Shown one piece after another: positions 44,301 through 56,300 of a stretch of DNA of 64,000 nt. Made by a program: the position numbers and the translations under genes. The notes beneath the pieces were generated by a model. It did no database searches. It was not told the origin of the DNA and saw only the letters and a program-made list of their open reading frames with translations. The DNA comes from Auanema rhodensis. Taxonomy: Eukaryota > Animalia > Nematoda. The stretch is taken from contig OZ059899.1 in the NCBI GenBank assembly GCA_964057225.1, positions 12,276,001 through 12,340,000 on the forward strand, given 5' to 3'. Numbering within the stretch: position 1 is the stretch's first letter; each line of letters starts with the position of its first letter.

Positions 44301-47300
44301 TCTCTTCATACCATAGGCTGTTTCTTCTGGTCCCCGAAGACTTGTGCTTGAAGCCCTGCCGTTTAGGCATTACCCAAAGCCACTTTGAAGCCCTCGATAT
44401 GCTGAAGATGATGATAATGTCGCAATGCTTCTCTATAGAACGTTTAATCTTCTCATTTCTTGAATTGTAGTCCTTTGAGTATTATATATAATCCTTTGGT
44501 TACCCAAAAATCTTTTTCCCCTATCTCACTTATTTTCCTTCTCTTATTTTATCTTTTTTCACTAACTCTTCTCTCTTTTCTCATTCATACATCTGAACTA
44601 CCTCTTCTCTCTCATTTTCTACTGTTTTATCTTTTCTCTTTCTTTCAAATACAGCCGCTTTGCGTGTGTATGTAATCGAGGGAAGCCAACCATCCTGTCC
44701 TACTAACCAGCAATAGGTGAACAGTGGATGCCTCGTTGAACCTTTATTGTATACGCACCACTGAATTAAAAACTGGCATACACCAGCAATCTTTTCCACC
44801 AGCATATTTGGAATAACTAGCTACTTACTAAAAAGCCCATCCTTTTCCTATTGTGCTAGTCATTCATCATATTGTGATCTTTATGAGTCCTGTCGGACTT
44901 CTACTAAGTCGCTATGCCAGCTACGACACATTAATTTTAATTTTTCAGCGGAAGAGATCTTCTTCCCAAAGAATATGGAAAAGATAAGGAAAATGAGAAA
45001 ACAATCGTCAGAGTAAGTTTTTATTTAAACTTATTTCTATTAATATAATAATCTAGAATTACAAAGAGTTGGTTGGAACCTCCGAATTGGAGGCCAAGAG
45101 CCGTTACGTGAGGTTATGCCGTGGTTTGAAAACCTATGGCGTTACTTTCTTTGTTGTCAGAGGTGAGTCCACATTTACAAATTCCTAGTATATTCGTTCA
45201 AAATTCGTGCAATTTATTATTTATTTCAGACAAGGTTCGAGGAAAGAACAAGCTTATTCCACGACTTCTTGGAGTGAATAAGGAATGTGTGATGTTGGTC
45301 GATGAAAAGACGAAGGATGTATTGAAAGAATGGCCCCTTGAACAAGTGAGAAGAACAGCTTGCTCACCTAAAACCTTCTCTATGGTTTGATTGACATTAT
45401 AATATTTTTGCAAAATATAAGTGTAGGATTTTGGTGATTATCAAGATCAATACTACTGTGTACAAACACCCGACGGAGAGAAGATCAAGCAGCTCATTGC
45501 TGGCTACATTGATATAATTTTACTCAAGAAGCGTACCGTTGATCACCTGGGTATTGAAGGAGATGAAGGTTCCACCATGTTGGAAGATGTTGTTGCACCA
45601 GCCAAAGCAACTTTGGTTAGTATTTACTTACCAGTTGTATTTATTTCGAGGCGGATTATCTGCTTGAAATTGTTCGAAAATTTCAACTTCTTATTCACAG
45701 GTTTCTCACGGACAAATTGGAAGTGGACAGCATGCTCAAGATGGACATGTTGCTCTTCGTGGGGTCCTTCGTACCCCACAAAGCGGGTATGGATATGGAA
45801 TCAACGGTGCTCAGTATGGAGCCGTTAGCGGTGAAGTTCAAGGAGGATCTGTTCAAAGAGTAAGTTTATGATTGAATACAAGAGTGTTTCTGCAAGCGAG
45901 CAACTCGGTCCCTAGTAACTCAGCATTAGAATTACACTCGATTTTACTACTCTCTCTCTCTGTCTTTCTCCTCCCGCTGTGTCATGCCCTGTCGTGCGTC
46001 CGGTTCCTTCTCCTATTGCCGGATTAAAAGAGGCCAACAGCGCTTGGTCTCTGGTTCAAGAGCTCTCTGACTAGAGAGGTGGCCGCTATTTGGATTCGAG
46101 GCTTGATGTCCTATTATAGGAAACAAGCTGAGCGCCATAAGAGACTAGGAGAAAGATGGAGTGAGTAGGGCTGATGACAGAGGGCAATGGCAGATGTCTC
46201 CGCCGGCTGCTGAATGAGTTATTATTGTTACCGAGGCAACGCTTTCATAGTCTTTGTCTACATTTTTGAATGTCTATCCTTGGTTAAAAACCCTTCATAA
46301 GGCTTGCTCTGTTTTCTCATCATTCCTTTTGAATAAAGAGTAGTATCGAATGAAAATATGATGGTGACTCTCGCGATCGTAGTATTCTTAGTAATGGTTA
46401 GGAGAAGTCTAGCTGCAACTTTTAGTAGTAGTAAGCATAAGGAATACTAGTGTCAGAGAAAAGCGAGAAAAAGCTAAGGAAGGAAACGGAAAGAGATAGA
46501 GGCAGACAGGATGAGAATAGAATTAAACTCGATGAGAATGAAAATGCCCGGAGGAAGATGAACTCCTGGAAATATTCTGTCACATCTTGTTCTCTGTGTC
46601 ATCAGTTACATTTAGGCTCAGCGTACTCGTATCATCGATACCTATGAACAACCACAACGTGCTCTTATTGGAACTATTGAAGCAACCATCCGTGCAGTTG
46701 ACGAGGCGGAAGAGGAATTGAAAAAAGAACCTCAAATTGATATCCCTCGGTTCCACGATGATCTCAATGCCAGAAGGTTAGGAGGACTTCTAAAAACAAC
46801 TAATTTCTTATTACTTAAGATGGATCGATGAGCAAGTTGCCGTTAATAAGGAGAGTGTAAATGAGCGTCTTGCTGCTATGGGTGCTGCTACTGCTCAAGT
46901 TGTACAATGGACCGCCGTACAAGAAGAGTACGATGAACGCGTTGGCTCTGCAATTGCAACTATTGGCTCCAACCTTCCTGATGTTGGTAGAAATGTTCGT
47001 GATTTGGCTGCTCTTATGGAAGAACGTAAAGGGTATATTTTGTTAAGACTTACCATTTCTCATTAGAAACAATTTCAGAGGAGACCTTCTTGAAGCTACT
47101 CGCAAATTATGTGGTGCTTTCGGTGATTTCCTCACCGCTGTCAACCCCGAACAGCAGGTAAATATATGAATCATTTGTATTATTTTATATTCACAAATAC
47201 ATTATTTTTCCGTCAACATTATTCTTTCGTTTTAGGAACGTCGTACAACTGTCCTAGCAGCTGCTGGACGCGTTGGTGACTTTTCTCAAACCGTCATCAA

Positions 47301-50300
47301 TACTATGGATGAACAGACTTATGAGGAACAGACATTCCAAGACAACCTTGTTCAGAAAGCTAAAAATGTTGCTACTAGCACTGCTAATCTAGTCCTACAG
47401 TACGTTGTTTTATTTTTCTTGATTGTAGTCTAAACTCAGTTGTTGAAGTCCTAAAATTGGCCTTGTGTATATCCTTCTGTTTTTAAAAGACAAAGCTGTA
47501 AAGCTTCGTGCTGTTACCGAAAATAGGCATATATGTCCTATGGGAGCTAGTTGTAGATTTAGTAAAGCTTCTGACCCTTGATGGATGCTATGTAAATGCG
47601 GTTGAAGTCGAGAGCAGTGTCTCTAGGGAAAGTAGGAGAAAGGGGTTCAAAGTTAGGGAAATGGAAATAGACAGCATAAGAAATAGGGGATTTAAAGAGA
47701 GGACCCGAGGGCAGATAGAGAATGGGGTATACATGCCACGCTTTAGAGAGCACGAGGCAAATAAGAGATACGAGCCGGGAGCGCTGAGATACAATAGGCT
47801 TACTAGAGGCTGAATGGACATCTGGTCATGCATCTCGTGGGCCTTCAATCGTCCGGGCCACACGTCTCTTGAGGCCATCCATTCAGTTCGATCGGCCTTG
47901 AGATTGTGCCAGCACCAAGGCATCCGTCTCCATCTCTGCCCTCTCTTGCACATGAAGCTGCTCTCCGCTTCTCTGATGTCTCTCTCCCTCCCCCATCTGT
48001 CCAGTTGCCCCTTTTCCCTCCATCGTCTCTAGAAGCCGCGGCAGCAGCTCAGTCCTGGGCGGTTAGCTCCTCCTCTACCCTCAGTGGGCGGTCCTCCATA
48101 TATAGTCATTCGAAGGCTGTGCCTCCAGCCTCCTATTCGTCCAAGCTGTTGGCTAGCTGACTGGCTGCTGCGCTTGGGACTGCACAACTGCTTGCTCACT
48201 TTCTCGTTTACGCGGCAGTCCTATAGTGTCTAGCCAACTCAGTATTATTTATTAAATGTTTTTATTTTTATAATATTTAATATTTAATAATGTTCACATG
48301 CTTTCTTTCGTATTGAAGTTTGTACTTCAAAGAACAATTCTTATCGCATTTATATGCTAAGTCTGAGAGCTATCCTATTGATTTATATTTCTCTTTATAT
48401 GGCTATGAAAGTTTTTTTCTTTTCTATCACCCTGATGAATATCCGCGCGCAACCAGATAGCCGGTTCTTAGTGAAGCGGCCATCACTGACTCCTTTAGTG
48501 GTACCTCCATCATAGGGTGGTTGTCGGCTTTTCTCTTTATCCCTTTTCGAAGAAAATGGAGAAGTGCTTGATAGTCATTCAGTCAGACCACCGTCAGCCA
48601 AGCCAGCCTGCAGATCCTCTGGGTCTTGCGTCTATCTCTTCCGTTGCTGGAGCAGAGTTTGAGCAGTTCAAGATTAGATCCGTACACTGGTCTACTGCTT
48701 GCTCTAATTATATGAAACGCTTGTAATTGACTCGCTATTCTACCATTGCCGTCCGTTCCTTAGCTTGTTAGCCGACCATTATTCTACATCTACGACTCAC
48801 AAACGCACTCCGGAGTTCTACTGAACTTGATCTTGCTGAAACTTAGAAATAGATTAGCTAAGCTCTATAGCAAACTAATCTATAGGAATCAAGATCATGT
48901 TTCCTAGACGACGAAAAGTAGTGACAGATATTCAGATATTCAACTACTATGGCAGCACGCCAGCACTTAGTGCCACTCCGCCGCCACCGACTCGTCGATT
49001 TTCGCCATTGCCGCCTCTGAATCTCACAATTCCGAAGAGGTACCTGCCTTAGATTGTAAGAGATAAAGGAGAATATGAGAGTGCGACATTAGCGAAACAC
49101 TACTGGATGTGAAGTAGAGTGAGTGAAGCGGAGAGCGAGGGAGCTAGAGAACACTATGAAAGAGACGAGGCAGTTGAAATAGGACAAGGAGCACGCCTAA
49201 CTTGGCCTGCTCCCATCTTTATGACGTCATCAAGCGTACTGCCTTGATATATTCTTTTGTCTGCGCTCGGTGATCCGTCTATCCGATTGTCTTTTCACTA
49301 GCCAGCTAGTCATGACCATTGTTCCATTTTCGATTTTTAACACATCAATGAGAAATAGAAAGAGGGCGTGGTTGCGCAACTATTCCTGGCTTTTAGTGAA
49401 AAGATGGAGCTAAACATGTTTCTATCAAATCAGAGATTAGAGTGATATTGAATCTTCTCTCGTTACTTATCTTGCCTGAATTTACTAATATGCTCTCCGA
49501 ACTGCATACTATTCTTATTTCAATTTATTTCCTTTTTTCCAGAGCCAAGACTATCTCTGCAGATTGTGAAGATCATGATCTCCGTGATAATGTCATCCAT
49601 AGTGCCACTCAATGTGCTTTTGCCACATCTCAACTTGTGGCTTGCGCCCGTGTTGTCGCTCCAACTATCGAAAGCAATGCATGTCAAGATCAGCTAACCA
49701 GTGCTGTAAAACAGGTATGTATAATTCTTTATACTTTGGTTCGAAAGCGAGGGAACTATTGGTCGATTTCAAAAATTTTGAATGTATTTTATGAAAACGA
49801 AATTGTCCTCTGATCGTTCACAGTTAGTTCTATGACTTTGCCGTTTTGTCTTTGTGAATGAGTGCGAGATGAAAAAGTACAGTAGTTTGGCGCTAGTTGC
49901 GATATTTGAAATGCAATGAGTTTGAATTCATTTAGGTTTCTCACACTGTCGATGAACTTTTGCATGATGCGGAAATTGCTTGTACAAGAACAAGAGGAAA
50001 TGGTGAACAAGCTTATGGAGATATCCATCAAGCTGCCCGTCAGGTTACTCAAGCTCTGGACAGTCTTTTGGATCATGTAAAGACTAGTCCTAAAATTACC
50101 AAAACTACTGAGGAAGAACAATACAATGCTGTTCTTCGAACCACTAATAGACTTCTTGCCCACCAGGTAACGATTGATATTATTATTTTTTATTTCTCAT
50201 GTCTCATATTCAGGGACCTAGTGAAGATCTCACTCGTGAAGCTAAGAAAGTCATTCGTCACAGTAAGATTTTGATGGAACAGTTCGAGCATGAGGCTCAT

Positions 50301-53300
50301 GAAAGACCTGAGCATAAGGAACGGCTTATGGATGCTGCTAGACGTGTAGCTACGGCTACAAGTAATATGATTGAGGCCACAAGGGTAAGCTATACGGTTC
50401 ATGTTGCTAATTGATATTAAATTTTATTAGGAATGTGAGTCCAGACCTTCTGAAGCAGAATCAGAAATTGCTTTACGTCGTGCAGCTGAACAAATGGCTA
50501 ATGTAACGAACGAAACAACTAGCGAAAGACAAGCTAAGCATATTATGGAGCGTCTAGAGCAAGCTGCTAAGCAGACAGCTTACGATGCCACTCAGACAAT
50601 TGCTGCCGCCAATGCTAGCAAGGTGTGTTTTTTGATTTTTCAAATGAAAAGCTTAAGTTTTATTATGCCAACATGTTTGCGAGCATAGCATCCTTATAGT
50701 TCGACGATAGTTTTTCTAAATGCATGATTTTCTATACATTTTCCTCATATTTTCATTGCTTATGTGCTATCGTCCGGCTATTTGGAGTGATATATCAAAA
50801 AATCAATTCTTACTATACAAACCTCGCATGCTCTCATCTCACTTCATATACAATCAATATAAAAAATCACATTAGACTAGTAAAAACGGTAGGCTGCTTC
50901 TGTTCAGGAAACTCGCAAACGAACGGAAACTACGGAGCAGCTTCTGGTTGATGACACGCACACCATCCTCCGTATTCGCTAAAAACCTCGCCTTGTCCTT
51001 GAATTATTCTGCTTTTTTATCTTTTTTTCCCTGCCTGTATTCTTTCCGTTTACTATAACGAGAATTCTTTAAAAGACTATTTCATCTTAAGTCAACAATC
51101 TAGGAACTTCTTACACCAGTGCTCGATTTCCGATTACTAGTTTCAGCTTGATATTTTCAAGTTTACATATCATTAAGCTCTGCTGTTTTTATTTTAACGT
51201 TATCTTTGTTCTTTTTTTTTAAAGTGACCTAAAACTTCAGCACTGAATTTTCGACACTGTCTATACATAGAAAAAGAGAAGTAACTATTCAAAAACAAAA
51301 TAATTGCGTATGTTTTCAAAACATCCATTAGTTTGACACGTTCACACGCAAAACTTCAGATTTTATTTTGTTTTAGAACTATAACAATGTAACATATTGT
51401 ATCTAGAAATAAACCATAATTTTTTCATTCATTTCTTTCCTTTTTTTCCTCTCCCTCTCAAGCATCTGGTCCTTATTTCCATCAAACTTGGCAGATTGAA
51501 CGTGAGTCGATGTGTGCCGTGCACTCCGGTTACCCATGGGAAGTAGCCTACCGAACTAACATCTGATTGAACAAATTTATATTCAAGCCTATCCTAACTC
51601 ATTATTTCAAGAAACTTGTGATTTATGCACCCTTAACACCTGAAAAATATTTAGCTTAACAAATTTGCTTTAGCTTTTTCTTTTCATTTTATTTTTTAAA
51701 GAATGAAATCATTTTTATATTTTCAGGAGTTGGTCAAGAGTAAGACCGTCATAGAGAATGTGGTATATGAATGTACGGAGACAGCTGAACATGTACCAAA
51801 GTACTGATATTTTTCATTCTTTCTATTACTCATGTTATCTGTTGCAGACTCATCACTTCTATCAGAGATTCTCAACAATCTTCAACTCCTAGCGATAAGT
51901 TCCGTGCACAGAGCAGACTTATTCGTGATTCTCACTATATCTTACAACCGGCAACAAGATTAGTAGAGTCTGCTCGAACTGCTGTAGCTCACATCTCGGA
52001 ACCTAATATTGCCGGCAATCTCCAGCAAACTAGCAATTCCCTTTCAACTACTCTTGCTGAACTTCGTACTGCTCTAAACTCAGCTCAACAACTGAACTTT
52101 AGTCAGCAGTTACAGTTTAGTGAAGAGTTGATCAAGGAATTGGATCAAGAGCTTGTAGATGCACAGAAGGCTGCCAAGGCTGGCTTACTGACTCCATCTC
52201 GTGGTTCTACTGCTCAAACATCAACATCTCACCTTATGGGTTCTGTACGTCAAGTTGGAAGCACCATCGCTCAACTTGTTAGTTCTGCTTCTGTTCAAGA
52301 CCAACAGCACCTCGGCGCTTCTGCGGTTGAAGCTGCCCAAAGTCTTCGATCATTCACAGGAAGTGTCACCGAAGTTGTTAGCACCCGTACTGATATCGAT
52401 CTTGACGAGTAAGTCTTGAATTGACCTTAAATGTTCAATATTTTTTTTTCTAGGTTCATTGTTCACTCAAGATCTGTTGTTCATGATTCTGGACGTGTCT
52501 TTGATCGTGTCCGCGAGAATGCAGCTGTACCGATTCTAAGTGAGTCAGCCAAGCAGGTCTCCACAAGTCTTCGTAAAGTCATTGCTTGTCTTCCTGACAA
52601 TCAAAGTGTTGATAAGGCAATTCAACAAATCCGAACGATAAACGTCAATCAGACAGTTCGTGTTCCTGATGTAAGGCAAGCTGCTTCTCAATTAGTTGAG
52701 TCAACCAGCCAGCTTCAAGCTAATATTCGCACAGCGGGTCAGAATGAATCTATCGATGTGTTTGTGAAAGCATACACAGATTTCCATACATCGGTTATTG
52801 CTGCTATCAAAACTCAACAAGTACCTGTCCAGCAAAGAGCTCAGCAGGTTGAAACATTGGAGCAATGTCGTGAAGAGGCTGTGTCTGTATTATCTCGAGC
52901 ATCTGCAGTGGCCAGTGATATCAGCCTTGCTCCATCACTTACTCAAGATATCAGACACTTCAGTGAAACTGTTAGCTCCATCGTGTCTCAAGTTAGTCAA
53001 GAGCAGTCTTGGCAAAACGAGTGTGAAGCTGCTCTCCGGCAAATTCAATCTGTTCGTCACTTGACCGAACAAGCTACACTACCAGTTAATGATAATAGTT
53101 ATTATGGTAGCTTGGACGCAGTTACTGAGCATTCTCGTCAACTCGGCGAAGCCATGACAGGAATTGCTCGTAACGCAAGAGCAGTGGATAGTAGATCTTT
53201 ATGTACTAGTGTTCGCTCTTCGGCGGACGCTGTTTGTGCTTTAGCAGAAGCTGCTTCCCAATCTGCATATCTTGTTGGTGTAGCTCATCCTAAGAGTGTC

Positions 53301-56300
53301 CGTGGCCAAACAGCTGCTATCGAAACTTCTCGTGTGCAAAGAAATTGCCAACAGGTTCGTCAGATCTGCCAAAGAATCGAAACCCAGGAATACAATCAAG
53401 AGCAAATTTTGGATGTAAGTTTGTATTACCTCCACACTTTAAGTTATTGTTTTTGTTTTCAGGATGCTACCGTGGTTGCTAAGCACACCTCTATGCTGGC
53501 AAACATGTGCCGTGAGGCTTCGGAGAGATCTACTAATGTGAATGTTAAGAAACATTTCATCAATAGTGCTCGTAACATCGCTAGCTACACCGCCAACTTG
53601 ATTACTGCTGTTCGAGATTTTGATGGCAAGAAGTCGCCTGAAACCCGTTCTACCTGTGCTTCTTCCGCATCCATGCTCTCGGAGGCTGTTGATCAACTTG
53701 AGAGATATGTGGACAATCCCGATTTTAATGCTGTTCCAGCTAAGATCAGTCACCCAGGAAGAGATGCTCAGATTCCCGTGCTCGCTTCAAGTCGTCAAAT
53801 GCTTGATGCCAGTTGCGAGATGATTAAGACAGCTAAGGATCTCTCTGTTGCTCCTCGTGACAGTGTAGTTTGGCAACGACTTGCTGACAACAGTAAAGAC
53901 GTTTCTGAATCTATCAAACGCCTTGTTTCGGCAATCAGAGATGCTGCTCCTGGACAAGCTGAAATGGATCGTGTTATTCAACAACTAGAACAACTTATTG
54001 TTGATATCGAGCGTAGTGCTTTAGAATCTATAGGATCGCCTTCCAGTTCGGTTTCTACAGGCGCTGAAAAACGTATTCATCAACAAATTCTTCATGCGAC
54101 CCAGAGTTTGTCCGAAAAAGTCGATACTTTAAGAACCGCTGCCATCAGTAAAGGAGAAGATTTGGCTCATTGTGTTGAAGAACATTGGCAGTTGACTCAG
54201 CCTTTGGCTGCAAGTGCTTGTGATGCTGCCGCTATTGCTGTTGACTCTCACCTCCAAGCTGAGTTGTTCGATAAATGCCGCACTGTGGTTGAAGCTGAGC
54301 TTCAAATGATGTATGCGTGCCGCGATTCTGGAGGAAATCCAAAGGCTGTTGAACACCATTCTCGTGTTGACGATTCTGCTGCCCAACTTCGAGATGCTTT
54401 GGCTGACATGCGATCTACAGTTCAGAAAGTTAGTTCCGATCAAGGAGTAATTCAAGGAATGATTGAAACCATCTCTCATTCGATCGCTAGCGCTGATCAA
54501 GCTAGAGCTCCTTCCCAAGGAAGCTTCGCTGATTTCCAGACCAAGATGACTCAATGTTTGGCGGACATTAGAAGAACTGCTTCAGATATGCCAATGGCAG
54601 AGCCACAAGCACTTGGAAGCTTAGCTCTTAATCTTTCTGAGCGTTATCGTGCCCTTGCCATCGAGTCCAACCAAGCCGTCGGCCTGTTATCCGCCGCCAA
54701 CCTTGCTCTCAAGCTTAAAGTTGCTGTCCAAAAATTGGGCACAGCATGCATTGAGGATGTGAAGATCGCAGGACAAAGACGCAGTCATCCATCAGATCAA
54801 AAGATTCAGCATGAATTAAACAGACAGTCTCAAGTTGTGATTGAGCGAGTAGATGAAGTTCTCGCAGCTCTTCATGAAGGATCAAAGGGAACACAAGCAT
54901 GCATTAATGCTGCTAATACTGTATCTGGAATTATCGGCGACCTTGACACCACAATATTATTCGCCACTAGTGGAAGCTTAAATCCAGCTGGAGAGCATAA
55001 AGATTTCAATGCTCACAGGGAAGCAATTCTAACTACTGCCCGCGCTCTTGTCGAAGATACTAAAGCGCTAGTTGCTGGAGCTGCCTCAAACCAAGAACAA
55101 CTTGCTGTTGCTGCTCAAAATGCAGTCAGAACCATCGTCAATCTTTCGGATGCGGTTAAGAATGGAGCCGTTTGCTTGTCCAGTGACAATGCTGAAGCTC
55201 AAGTTCTTGTCATTCATGCTGTTCGCGATGTTGCATCTGCCCTTTCCGCTCTCATTCAAGCCACGAAAAATGCTTCTGGAAGATCCCTTCAAGACCCTGC
55301 CATGGGTAATTTGAAAGAAGCAGCAAAAGTGATGGTTACTAACGTAACAAGCTTGTTAAAGACTGTGAAAAGCGTTGAAGACAAACAGCAGCAGGGTACT
55401 AGAGCCCTCGAGGCGGCTATTGAGAGCATTGGACAAGAGATCAAGCATTATGACCACGAAACGGCTGATGGTGCCCCAGGACCATCTGGCGCAACCCCAG
55501 AACACTTGGCTAGAGCCACGCAGAAGGTCACTGATGCTACCACAAGACTAGCTAGGGCTGCTCAATCACTGCAGCAATCGGACATCATAGCTGCGGCCAA
55601 TTTTGCCCGAGCGGCTGTCAGTGAGCTACTCATTGTTGCCCGAGCTGCCGCAGCAGACGCTGACTCCCCAGAAGCTCGCTATAGAACTTTAGACTCCGGA
55701 CGAGAAGTTGCAACTCAGGTTAGCTTTTCAAAGTTTAAAGTAAAAATAACATTTATATATTTAGGTTAGAGGACTGCTGGCTTCACTACACAATGTGCTT
55801 ACTCGTAACTCAGATCCTGCAGCCCGTCAACTGCTGCTGGATGCTTCTCGCGGAGTTGCACAGGCTGTCCGCGATCTCATCGGCTGTACGGAACTACTGA
55901 CTGGAGACAATTGGACTAATCAGACCGACCCTACTGTTGTAGCTGAGAATGAGTTGATGGGAGCCGCTAGTTCCATCGATGCTGCTGCCATTAAACTTGC
56001 TGAGCTGCGACCTCGAGTTGAACCTAAGGTTTGTTTTACATTTCTGGTTGTTTTAAATTTTTATATTCTAAATGAAAATAACTCTAACTTTGTTATGAGT
56101 TCCCTGCCCACACAAGGCCAGGTGAACTTTGATATGTCTGGTATTCTTGGGTTCGATAAGCAACCAGATTATTAGACATATCGAAGATCGCTGTGGCGCT
56201 AAGCATTGTCCAAAACTCAGCTATTTCTAGCAATCATGCGCTTGCTGGACAATATTTAAGTCAATTTGCGTGTCTCATTGTCCAAATCGTCCTAATCCTT

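Noticed and set aside
46107-46165. Short [21 protein letters not shown] ending at a gtgagt donor in a talin intron
   Set aside because: The donor is phase 1 in this frame while the host intron is phase 0, so it cannot join the next exon in frame.
52798-55314. Several alternate-frame and antisense ORFs inside the large talin exons
   Set aside because: Expected shadows of a long coding exon with biased codon use.
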